DNA of 24,000 nucleotides from Anaerolineae bacterium (GTDB lineage Bacteria > Chloroflexota > Anaerolineae > Caldilineales > Caldilineaceae). Positions 8,048 to 15,804 of the stretch are shown here, piece by piece. Position 1 is the first letter of the stretch; each line of letters starts with the position of its first letter. The notes below the pieces were generated by a model. The model made no database searches. It was not told the DNA's origin and saw nothing but the letters and a program-made list of their open reading frames with translations. The DNA is taken from positions 185,706 to 209,705 of the forward strand of contig JAUIHI010000004.1 in NCBI GenBank assembly GCA_030432295.1. Direction: 5' to 3'. Made by a program: the position numbers and the translations under genes.

Positions 8048-10480
8048 CTATGCCCGTGCGTGTTGCGACTCGACCGGCGGCTGGTAGACGACCGCCAGAT
8101 GGGGCGTCTCCAGCCGCTGGTGCTCCTGTGCTTTGGAGGTCAGGCAGCTTTCCAGCACGCCGCTGACCAGCAGTGTGCGCTCGGCGGGGAAAGGCGCAAC
8201 GCCTGTTGCAAACATCTCCTCTATTTTGCCCACCAGACAGGCCGAGTAGGTGACATTCGGGCCGGGGGTGAGGAAGAATTGGGTGGAGACCGGCTTTTCC
8301 TCACCGGCCAGGCGGGCGGCAAAGCAGAAATCCTTGAGCGCTCCGTTGAGCATCAGCAGTGTGGCCTGCAGGCCGTCGTTGTATTCGATGCAGTAGGCCG
8401 CAGGGTTTTCCACCAGTTTGTATAGCTCACCGCTGCCCAGCAAATCCTGGGTGCGCCCGTCTTCATCGCTCAGTCCCCGGGGCGAATCGCTACGCGAAAG
8501 CGCTGCTTCCAGCAGTTCCATCGACCAGCGCCCCTCCCGTCCCGCCTGCCAGACCGCCTCACCTTCCAGCAGTTGGACAGCCCGCACGCCGCTCTCCCCC
8601 CCGGCCCGCCGCTCCAGCATACACTGCATAGCTTCCAGCGCGTGGTAGTCCATCGGGTCCGAGCCGCCCACGCCTACCATCAGCGCCTCGTCAACTACGC
8701 AGCCCAGAGGCAATTCCACATCGGGCAGCCGCCAGGTGACAGGCAGGGAAGAACCAGCCAGCAATGGGAATCCGAGCCGGTGAGCGTCATCCACCATCTC
8801 CGCGGCCTTTGTGTAACTATACGAAAGATGCTTGTCGTTGTAGATCGGCACAACCCGGCCATCCGCCTCAAAGACTTCCACGCACTGCACGAAGAAGTCG
8901 TGGCGGGGGTAGAGTATCTGGCCCAGATCGTTGCGGGGATAGTCGCCGTGCTCCACTACCAGCATCACCCCATCCACGGCCAGCTTCTCGCCACCACAGC
9001 GCAGGGCCTCGGCAATCGTCGGGTAGATGTCAAAGCCGAACTCCCGTGCCCGGTCGATGCTCTGATCCCCCACCGGCTGCTGGTCCACGTAGAGGGAGAC
9101 GATCTCCACGTTGGGCCGATGCCAGCGCCCATCCACGGGATAGCCGGTCAGCCAGCGGTCGCAGAAGTGCTGGGCGTGGGAGCGCAGGCGGTAGATGGAG
9201 GCGATGACCGCAATGCGCAGGGGCGGCGCGGGCGGGGGTGGCAATTGGGGGCGGGATGATTGGGGCGTGGGCAACAGATGGACCCGATCCTCCCGCCAGA
9301 AGGTGGACTCGGCTGTGGGCTGGTAGGCGATGGCCAGATGGGGCGTCTCGATGCGAGTCTGCTCTGCGTGCAGACTCTCGATGCCCGCGGCATTGAGGCC
9401 AGTGGTGAGCAGTGTGCGTTCCAGCGGATAGGTCGGCTCGCCGGTCAAAAACATCTGCTCCACCGCGTGGACCTGGGGCGAGAAGAAGTTGGCCAAAGTT
9501 GAGCGGGCTGGCGGCATAGGCAGATACATTTGGGTGGAGAAGGGTTCGCTCTGTCCGTCCAGATGCGCGGCAAAATTGAAGTCCTGCACCAGCCCGCTGA
9601 ACAGAATCATCGTGGAACGGAGGCCGTCGTTGTGCTCGTAGTGGTAGGCAACCGGGTCTTTGACCAATTCCCGCATCTCATCGCCGGTGGGGAAATTGTT
9701 GTTGAATCCGGGTCGGCTCGGTGTCAGTGTGTGGCTGCGGCTGAGCGCGGCTTCGAAAAGTTCCCGTGACCAGACGCCTGCGTGATGGGCCTCCCAGAAG
9801 GCGTCGCCCCGGTAGGACTGCACCCAACGCACGCCGGTCTCGCCCCCGACCCGGCGCTCCACCATACATTGCAGGGTTTCCAGGGCGTGAAAGTCGTAGC
9901 TGTCCACCCCGCCGTAGCCGATGACCAGCGCTTCCCGCACAGACGCGCCCAGGGGCATATCGACGGAAGGGGTGCGCCAGGTCACAGGCAGGGAGGAACC
10001 GGCCATAAAGGCAAAGCCCATCGACTGCGCGGTCTCGGCCATCTCTTTGGCCCATTCCCATTTCCAGGAAAGGTGCTTGTCGTTGAAGATGGGGGCCGTG
10101 CGTCCGGTCATGCGATAGACGGCCACAATCTCTTTGAAGAGTTCGTAGCGGGGGTAGAGATGCTGGCCCTTTTCGTTGTAGGGGTATTCGCCGTGCTCGC
10201 CGATGAGTAGTACACCGTCCACAGCCAGGCTCTCCGTGCCCAGAGTCAGGGCATCTGCCACAGTTGGGTAGAGTTGCATGGACGGGAAGCGGCTGCTGCG
10301 CTCCTGGGCTAAATCGTTCTCGCCTATCTGATCCACATAGGCAGAGACCAAATCCATAGGTGGGTGGTGGTGGCGGTTGTCCCAGCCATAGCCTTCCAGA
10401 AAGCGGTCGATGAAGTGCTGGGCGTGGGCGTATTTGCGGACAACTGTGCAGATGATGGCGATTTTCGGTCGTTGCGGCAT
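8048..10480 (-). CDS. uncharacterised two-module protein: tandem duplication of an about 400-aa Gfo/Idh/MocA-like (glycine-motif-less) unit
   Basis: The two halves align end to end at about 45% identity by eye. Half 1 reads KIAIICTVVRKYAHAQHFIDRFLEGY...LAVDGVLLIGEHGEYP...PIFNDKHLSWKW...MAGSSLPVTWR...YDFHALETLQCMVERRVGGETGVRWVQ...ETPHLAIAYQP. Half 2 reads RIAVIASIYRLRSHAQHFCDRWLTGY...LAVDGVMLVVEHGDYP...PIYNDKHLSYSY...LAGSSLPVTWR...MDYHALEAMQCMLERRAGGESGVRAVQ...ETPHLAVVYQP. The halves are joined by a Pro-rich linker, PQLPPPPAPP, at about 9216-9260. The start is moved to ATG 10480 (MPQRPKIAII), preceded by CAGGAGtctccc. The upstream 65 codons of the track ORF look non-coding. Confidence 0.8.
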   Translation of the reverse strand: MPQRPKIAIICTVVRKYAHAQHFIDRFLEGYGWDNRHHHPPMDLVSAYVDQIGENDLAQERSSRFPSMQLYPTVADALTLGTESLAVDGVLLIGEHGEYPYNEKGQHLYPRYELFKEIVAVYRMTGRTAPIFNDKHLSWKWEWAKEMAETAQSMGFAFMAGSSLPVTWRTPSVDMPLGASVREALVIGYGGVDSYDFHALETLQCMVERRVGGETGVRWVQSYRGDAFWEAHHAGVWSRELFEAALSRSHTLTPSRPGFNNNFPTGDEMRELVKDPVAYHYEHNDGLRSTMILFSGLVQDFNFAAHLDGQSEPFSTQMYLPMPPARSTLANFFSPQVHAVEQMFLTGEPTYPLERTLLTTGLNAAGIESLHAEQTRIETPHLAIAYQPTAESTFWREDRVHLLPTPQSSRPQLPPPPAPPLRIAVIASIYRLRSHAQHFCDRWLTGYPVDGRWHRPNVEIVSLYVDQQPVGDQSIDRAREFGFDIYPTIAEALRCGGEKLAVDGVMLVVEHGDYPRNDLGQILYPRHDFFVQCVEVFEADGRVVPIYNDKHLSYSYTKAAEMVDDAHRLGFPLLAGSSLPVTWRLPDVELPLGCVVDEALMVGVGGSDPMDYHALEAMQCMLERRAGGESGVRAVQLLEGEAVWQAGREGRWSMELLEAALSRSDSPRGLSDEDGRTQDLLGSGELYKLVENPAAYCIEYNDGLQATLLMLNGALKDFCFAARLAGEEKPVSTQFFLTPGPNVTYSACLVGKIEEMFATGVAPFPAERTLLVSGVLESCLTSKAQEHQRLETPHLAVVYQPPVESQHARA

Positions 10481-10684
10481 GGGAGACTCCTGGGGGATGG
10501 ATGGCTTTGCGCTAAAAAATGGACACTGATGGCGCGGAAAGGAATGATTGACGCTGATAATCTCTGCGTGATTTGCGTCCCTTCTATCGGGCATACTGGC
10601 TGCGTCGCAGAGAAGTATAGCCAATTGAGGCTGCGAAGGAAAGCCGGGCTTTCGCCAGAATTGGCCGCAGCCCAATTCCTCCGG

Positions 10685-10713
10685 TTGACGAATTCACTGT
10701 TTGAGAATACCAT
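10685..10713 (+). promoter_or_regulatory. candidate sigma70-type promoter for the 10795 gene
   Basis: TTGACG (10685-10690), a 17-nt spacer, then TACCAT (10708-10713), about 80 nt upstream of ATG 10795. This is a sequence match only. Confidence 0.3.
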
Positions 10714-10794
10714 TCAGCAGGCCAAACGACGGCTGCTGCGGTCCGCGTTCCGTCGTCTGCGGTCAACAAAAAATCAACCGAAAGGGTTTGACTG

Positions 10795-11658
10795 ATGAGA
10801 CTTGGCATTGTGGGGATGTTGCCCGGCGACTTTCGTACTTTTCAGCGGGAGCAGATGCAGGCGATTCGCGACCTGAGCTTCACCGGCTTCGGCTTCCACC
10901 TGAACGGGGATGACGTTTTCGCCATCACACAGGCGGAGTGTGCAGCCGGTCGCCGCTTTTTCGCCGACGAGGAATTGGACCTGGCCCAGTTCGCCATCAC
11001 CTACAACGAATGTCTCTTCCATCCCGACCGGGCCGTGCGCGAACGGGTGACGGCGAAGATCGTCCGGGGCACGGAGATTGCGGCCCAATTGGGCGCACAG
11101 GCCTTCCTACTGCGTCCCGGCAGCCTGAACCCGGACGGTCCCTGGACGCCCCACCGGGACAACCACCGACCCGAATGCGCGGAACTGCTGGTGGAGACTC
11201 TGCGCCCGTTGGCCGCCAAAGCCGAAGCCGAAGGCGTCGTCCTGGCGATGGAAACCCACGCGCTTTCGATTCTGGACCTGCCGCCGAAGTGTCGGAGGAT
11301 TGTGGAGGCTGTTGATTCGCCCAACCTGCGCCTGATTCTGGATGCGGTCAACCATTTTCAGTCTATGCACCAGGTCTACAACAGCAGCGATTGGGTCAAC
11401 CACATCTTCGACGAACTGGGGCCGATTGCGCCTCTGGCCCACATCAAAGACCTGAAAGTCTCCAACGGACTGGTGCTGCACATCGACCAGACTGTGCCGA
11501 GGGAAGGGGAGTTGGATTCGGCGCTGGTGCTCCAACGCTTCGACGCACTCTATCCCAACGGCTATGGCCTCATCGAGCATCTGCCCCTGGAAAAGATTCC
11601 CCAGGCCGTCGCCAATGTGCGCCGCATCGCCGCCGAAGCCGGTGTTGTCATCCATTGA
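10795..11658 (+). CDS. sugar phosphate isomerase/epimerase, xylose-isomerase-like TIM barrel
   Basis: 287 aa with family-typical stretches: IRDLSFTGFGFHL, AAQLGAQAFLLRPGS, VVLAMETHA, NLRLILDAVNH and AHIKDL. Confidence 0.8.
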   Translation: MRLGIVGMLPGDFRTFQREQMQAIRDLSFTGFGFHLNGDDVFAITQAECAAGRRFFADEELDLAQFAITYNECLFHPDRAVRERVTAKIVRGTEIAAQLGAQAFLLRPGSLNPDGPWTPHRDNHRPECAELLVETLRPLAAKAEAEGVVLAMETHALSILDLPPKCRRIVEAVDSPNLRLILDAVNHFQSMHQVYNSSDWVNHIFDELGPIAPLAHIKDLKVSNGLVLHIDQTVPREGELDSALVLQRFDALYPNGYGLIEHLPLEKIPQAVANVRRIAAEAGVVIH

Positions 11659-11783
11659 CAAACCTATTCCAGCAGAGATGAAACGTTATTTTTTAACGCA
11701 GAGGAGAACCCATACATCTTTGCATCTCTGCACCTTTGCATCTTTGCGTTGAAAATTTCACCATCATTTTGATCACTACAGAT

Positions 11784-11818
11784 CAATCCGTGTTCCTTCC
11801 TATCCGTGTATACAAAAC
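11784..11818 (+). repeat. 35-bp ATCCGTGT-N10-ATCCGTGT-TACAAA element, copy A
   Basis: caatccgtgttccttcctatccgtgtatacaaaac. It is 29/35 identical to the reverse complement of 14130-14164 and similar to 14174-14208. It lies 43 nt upstream of ATG 11861. Confidence 0.7.
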
Positions 11819-11860
11819 ATAGACACACAAGTTCATCCACCCACGAAAGAGACAATCCCA

Positions 11861-12994
11861 ATGCCCGCAACCGACGACATCTACACCCAACTGGGCATTC
11901 AGCCCGTCATCAATGCCACCGGCCACGTGACGATTCTGGGCGGCTCGGTGCTTTCTCCCGGCGTGCAGGCGGCAATGACCGCGGCCAACCGCTCCTTCGC
12001 CGCGATGGAAGATGTCCACAACCGCACGGGCGCGCTCATCGCCGGGAAGCTGGGCGTGGAAAATGCGGTGGTCACCTCCGGCTGCTACGCTGCGCTGGTG
12101 CAGGGCGCAGCGGGGATTCTGGCCGGCACAGACCCGGAGCGCATCGGTCGCCTGCCCGATACCACCGGCATCCCCAACGAATTTCTGATCCAGGCCGCCA
12201 CCCGCTACCGCTACGACCGCGCGGTGACGACCCCCGGCGGCAAACTGGTGGAGGTGGGGGACAGCAATGGCACAACAGCCGAACAGCTACGCGCAGCCAT
12301 CGGCCCCCAGACCGCGGGTATCCTTTTCTATGCCAAAGGCGAAAGCACGCCCAATACACTGAAACTGGCACAAGTCGTAGAAATCGCCCACGCCGCGGGT
12401 GTGCAGGTGCTGGTGGACGCGGCGGGCGAGGTCTATCCCCTGGAACGGATGCACGGGGTGGCGGGCAGCGGAGCGGACCTGATCTGCTTTGGCGGCAAAT
12501 ATATGGGTGCGGGCAACTCGACCGGCATCCTTTGCGGCAAAAACGAAGCGGTGCTGGCGGCCCGGCGCAACGGCTTTGTCAGCTACGAGACGGAGAACAA
12601 CCGCAGCGTGGGCCGGGGCTACAAAATCGACCGCCAGGAGGTGATTGGCACGACCGTCGCCCTGACCGAGTGGCTGGAAATGGACCACGAACAGCGCTTG
12701 CAGAGCCAGGCCGAGCGCATCGGTTTTCTGGCTGAAGGCCTGGCCGATCTGCCCCACATCTCCGCCCGCAATGTGTGGGACGAGGAGGGTGGGCCGTGGA
12801 TGCGTCTGCGTCTGGAGTGGGACAGCGCCACGGTCGGCAAAAGCGCAGCGGAGGTCTCGGCAGCCCTGCGCAACGGGTCGCCGGTGGTCTGGGCGCGGGC
12901 CGAGGGAGACGTCATTCCCATCTCCGTACATACACTTTCCGAGGAAGAGTTGCCGATCCTTCTGGGCCGCCTGCGCGAGGAATTGGCCCGATAA
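11861..12994 (+). CDS. SelA-like / DgaE-like PLP-dependent enzyme (fold-type I), not a true selenocysteine synthase
   Basis: N-terminus DIYTQLGIQPVINATGHVTILGGS. Candidate PLP-lysine motif DLICFGGKYMGAGNSTGIL, with Lys codon aaa at 12497-12499. At 377 aa it is too short to carry the SelA N-terminal tRNA-binding domain. Confidence 0.75.
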   Translation: MPATDDIYTQLGIQPVINATGHVTILGGSVLSPGVQAAMTAANRSFAAMEDVHNRTGALIAGKLGVENAVVTSGCYAALVQGAAGILAGTDPERIGRLPDTTGIPNEFLIQAATRYRYDRAVTTPGGKLVEVGDSNGTTAEQLRAAIGPQTAGILFYAKGESTPNTLKLAQVVEIAHAAGVQVLVDAAGEVYPLERMHGVAGSGADLICFGGKYMGAGNSTGILCGKNEAVLAARRNGFVSYETENNRSVGRGYKIDRQEVIGTTVALTEWLEMDHEQRLQSQAERIGFLAEGLADLPHISARNVWDEEGGPWMRLRLEWDSATVGKSAAEVSAALRNGSPVVWARAEGDVIPISVHTLSEEELPILLGRLREELAR

Positions 12995-13018
12995 GTGCTG
13001 TAGTTCAGGTAATTATTG

Positions 13019-13080
13019 GTAGGGGCGCTTGCTTGCTGCGCCCGCTGTGGGACACGGGCGCAGCAAGCAAGCGCCCCTAC
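13019..13080. repeat. perfect 25-bp-arm palindrome (REP-like element / strong hairpin)
   Basis: gtaggggcgcttgcttgctgcgccc (13019-13043), a 12-nt loop, then gggcgcagcaagcaagcgcccctac (13056-13080). It lies 25 nt after stop 12994 and 53 nt before ATG 13134. No U-tract follows. Confidence 0.85.
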
Positions 13081-13133
13081 AGGACAAATCGTTGTCGGGA
13101 TAACACTGGCCCACAAGACGAGGAAAATCACTG

Positions 13134-14102
13134 ATGCTGGAAAAAGTACGTGTGGGAATGATCGGCGCGGGGGGTATGGCAAATCGGGTCCACTACCCGT
13201 CCCTGGCCTCTTTTGCCGATGTGGAGATCGCGGCCATCTGCGATCTGGACGAGGCGCGGCTGACTACAACCGCCGACAAATACGGGGTGCAAGGACGCTA
13301 CAACGACTACCAAAAAATGGTCGAGGAGGTCGCGCCCGATGCGGTCTACGCCATTGGACCGCCCCATCTGCTATACGACGTCTGGCAGTGGTGCTTGAGC
13401 CAGGGGCTGAATCTCTGCATCGAAAAGCCGATGGGCATCACTATGCACCAGGCCCGCTCCCTGGCCCATCTGGCCGATCGCCACGGCTGCATCACCCAAG
13501 TCAGCTTCCAGCGGCGCAGTTCGCCGCTACTGGTCCACCTGCACGCCCAGTGTCTGGACAGAGGGCCGATCGTCCACGCCCAGTCTACTTTCTTCAAATG
13601 CGAGATCGATCCGTACCTCCACGCCCGGGACCGGATGCTGGACGACGGCGTACATTCCATCGACACCCTGCGCTGGCTGTGTGGCGGCGAAGTCGTCAAT
13701 GTCCAAAGTCTGACCAAACGGGTGCAGGTTCCCGACATCAACTTCCTCTCCGCGCTGCTCGAATTCGACAACGGCGCGACGGGCATTTTGGTCAACAGTT
13801 GGACCAGCGGACGGCGCATTTTCAAGGTTGAGGCCCACGCGCCGGGTATCTGTATGGAGGCCAACCCGGAGGGCAAAGGCCATCTACACGCGGATGGCGA
13901 CACCACAGGTGTGGAGTACGAGACCCGACAGGTGGCAGGCAGCGACGAATTCTATATTTACGGCGGTTTTCAGGCCAAGAACCGGGAGTTCATCGACGGG
14001 GTGAAGAACCACACATTGCCCCCTTCCCACTTTGGCGATGCGCTGAAAACAATGGAAGTAGCCGAAATCATTCTGGCCCAGGCGTTGCTGGCCGGGCGCT
14101 AG
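13134..14102 (+). CDS. Gfo/Idh/MocA family NAD(P)-dependent oxidoreductase
   Basis: Rossmann motif VRVGMIGAGGMANRVHYPSL, conserved CIEKP motif and a C-terminal alpha/beta domain. The RBS GAGGAA lies 8 nt upstream. Confidence 0.9.
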   Translation: MLEKVRVGMIGAGGMANRVHYPSLASFADVEIAAICDLDEARLTTTADKYGVQGRYNDYQKMVEEVAPDAVYAIGPPHLLYDVWQWCLSQGLNLCIEKPMGITMHQARSLAHLADRHGCITQVSFQRRSSPLLVHLHAQCLDRGPIVHAQSTFFKCEIDPYLHARDRMLDDGVHSIDTLRWLCGGEVVNVQSLTKRVQVPDINFLSALLEFDNGATGILVNSWTSGRRIFKVEAHAPGICMEANPEGKGHLHADGDTTGVEYETRQVAGSDEFYIYGGFQAKNREFIDGVKNHTLPPSHFGDALKTMEVAEIILAQALLAGR

Positions 14103-14129
14103 GCCAAATCGATGACGTGCTCGCTATTT

Positions 14130-14208
14130 CTTTTGTAAACACGGATGAGAAGAAACACGGATAGCTTTGAACCCTATCCATGTTTCTTCTCATCCGTGCT
14201 TACAAATT
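14130..14208. repeat. inverted pair of the 35-bp ATCCGTGT element (copies B and C), forming a hairpin of about 33 bp
   Basis: Left arm cttttgtaaacacggatgagaagaaacacggatag (14130-14164), loop ctttgaacc, right arm ctatccatgtttcttctcatccgtgcttacaaatt (14174-14208). The arms are complementary apart from 2 internal mismatches, plus mismatches at the outer 2 nt. The pair sits between stop 14102 and start 14236/14239. Confidence 0.8.
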
Positions 14209-14235
14209 TCTATCTGATATTGCATAAGGAGAAAA

Positions 14236-14982
14236 GTGATGGTCAAGCAATTGAAATTACGCCTGCGATCCCACGTGCTGGACCACAACGAGCGGGGCTG
14301 GGCCGTCTGGCGGGAAGAGATCGCCGAGCGTTCCCTGCCCGCGGATCGGGTTGCTATCGTCATCTGCGATATGTGGGATCAGCACTGGAGTCGGGGTGCG
14401 GTCGAGCGGGTTGGCGAGATGGTTCCCCGGATGGAGGCGGTGCTGGCCGCGGCCCGGGCGAAGGGCGTCCACATTATCCACGCGCCGTCGGAGACAATGG
14501 AATTCTACACGGATCACTCGGCCCGTCAGCGCATTCTGGCCCTGCCGCCTGTCGAGCCACCGCCCAACCGGGAACTCCCTGATCCGCCCTCGCCCATCGA
14601 CGACCGGGACGGCGGCTCGGATACGGGCGAGCCAGAGATGTCCCAGGTGTGGACCCGCCAGCATGCGGGGCTGACGATTGACCCGGAACGGGATGTGATC
14701 TCGGACAACGGGCGGGAGGTCTACAGCTATCTGCGCCATCACGCCATCGAACAGGTGCTGATAATGGGGGTGCATACAAATATGTGTATCCTGCGCCGCT
14801 CCTTCGCTATCAAACAGATGGTGAAATGGGGGCAAGAAATCGCACTGGTGCGGGACCTGACCGACACAATGTACAACCCGGCCAGCGCCCCGTATGTGAG
14901 CCACGACGAGGGAACCCAACTGGTCATCGGCTATATCGAACGCTTCTGGTGTCCGTCGGTTTCCAGCGGGGAGATAAGCTAA
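14236..14982 (+). CDS. isochorismatase-like cysteine hydrolase family protein with a Pro/Asp-rich insertion
   Basis: VAIVICDMWDQHW (catalytic-Asp region) and VLIMGVHTNMCILRRS (nucleophile-Cys region). An insertion of about 45 aa, LPPVEPPPNRELPDPPSPIDDRDGGSDTGEPE, lies between them. The track start is GTG 14236. ATG 14239 has better spacing to AGGAG (14227-14231). Confidence 0.7.
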   Translation: MMVKQLKLRLRSHVLDHNERGWAVWREEIAERSLPADRVAIVICDMWDQHWSRGAVERVGEMVPRMEAVLAAARAKGVHIIHAPSETMEFYTDHSARQRILALPPVEPPPNRELPDPPSPIDDRDGGSDTGEPEMSQVWTRQHAGLTIDPERDVISDNGREVYSYLRHHAIEQVLIMGVHTNMCILRRSFAIKQMVKWGQEIALVRDLTDTMYNPASAPYVSHDEGTQLVIGYIERFWCPSVSSGEIS

Positions 14983-15035
14983 ACAGACCGCGGACGGCAA
15001 GTAGTTGCCATTGGTTGGACTCCACTGAATCTCAA

Positions 15036-15764
15036 TCAGTCGGCACTTTTCCGCGCCTTCAGCCAGCGGGAAAAGCCCAGCCCCAACAGCAGCATTCCCA
15101 GGGAAAAGCCACCCAACAGCCAACGTTGACTCGCCGTCGAATCGGCACTAAAGACCGAACCGAGCAGCGTAAAGGTCAACGCGCCGGGCAGCACGCCCAG
15201 CAGCGTGCCCGTGGCGTATTGCAGCCAGGGAACCCGCACAAAGCCGCAGAGGTAGTTGACCAGATCGTAGGGCAAATAGATCAGGCGCATGACCAGCACA
15301 GCCTCAAAGCCGTTGCGCCGCAGATTGGACGCATAGCGGGCCACAAAGCCGCTGGCTTCGGCGTCGTCTTCGCTAAAGAGATCGCCGCCAAAGAAGCGTC
15401 CCACAAAATAGGCCAGTGTCCCGGAGAGATTGCCGCCGATCAGCGCATAGCCGGTCCCCAGCAGCGGGCCGTAGAGATAGCCGCTCATCGCCGTCATGAT
15501 TGTAGCGGGGAAGAAGATCAGCGGGCGTAGCGTGTACAGAATGACATACAGCAACGGCCCCCACGCGCTCTCCGCCAAAAAGTCCCGCAGTTGCAGTGCG
15601 GCTTCCTGCGCGGACAGCCCCGTCGAGCGCATATACCAGACGTATCCCCCCAGCAACGCCAGCCAGAAGATGCCTGCACTGAATTTCGTGCCGTGTTTCC
15701 ACACAAAGTCAAAAAAGGTTTGTCGAGGCTCCTGCACGTCAAGTTCCATGCCTTCTCCAGTCAT
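15036..15764 (-). CDS. TVP38/TMEM64 (DedA/SNARE-associated) family membrane protein
   Basis: Multi-TM protein with family-typical PLIFFPATIMTAMSGYLYGPLLGTGYALIGGNLSGTLAYFVGRFFG and RLIYLPYDLVNYLCGF. An alternative start, ATG 15749 (MELDVQ), follows GGAGAAGGC and may be the real one. Confidence 0.8.
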   Translation of the reverse strand: MTGEGMELDVQEPRQTFFDFVWKHGTKFSAGIFWLALLGGYVWYMRSTGLSAQEAALQLRDFLAESAWGPLLYVILYTLRPLIFFPATIMTAMSGYLYGPLLGTGYALIGGNLSGTLAYFVGRFFGGDLFSEDDAEASGFVARYASNLRRNGFEAVLVMRLIYLPYDLVNYLCGFVRVPWLQYATGTLLGVLPGALTFTLLGSVFSADSTASQRWLLGGFSLGMLLLGLGFSRWLKARKSAD

Positions 15765-15804
15765 CTGTCATCGTTACCAGTCCCGCTTGCCAGTCCTAAG
15801 TTCC

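Noticed and set aside
10481-10675. 65-codon N-terminal extension of the duplicated protein (track start at 10675)
   Set aside because: The extension (MGCGQFWRKPGFPSQPQ...) has no counterpart in the second module. The internal ATG 10480 has a CAGGAG Shine-Dalgarno at proper spacing and aligns with the start of module 2.
11107-12735. ORFs 11107..11661 (minus) and 11806..12735 (plus, 309 aa, Arg/Gly/Pro-rich)
   Set aside because: They are alternative-frame or antisense ORFs over the TIM-barrel and SelA-like genes. Their composition is extreme and they carry no motifs.
11861-12994. Calling this gene selA (selenocysteine synthase)
   Set aside because: At 377 aa it lacks the N-terminal tRNA-binding domain of SelA. 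No selB, selC or selD, and no in-frame UGA/SECIS context, is visible. The context is sugar-type metabolism, so a DgaE-like lyase or other PLP enzyme is more plausible.
12619-13831. ORFs 12619..13182 (minus) and 13016..13831 (plus) crossing the 13019-13080 palindrome
   Set aside because: Both read through the palindrome, giving the mirrored peptides VGALACCAR... They overlap well-supported genes in other frames and are artefacts of the repeat.
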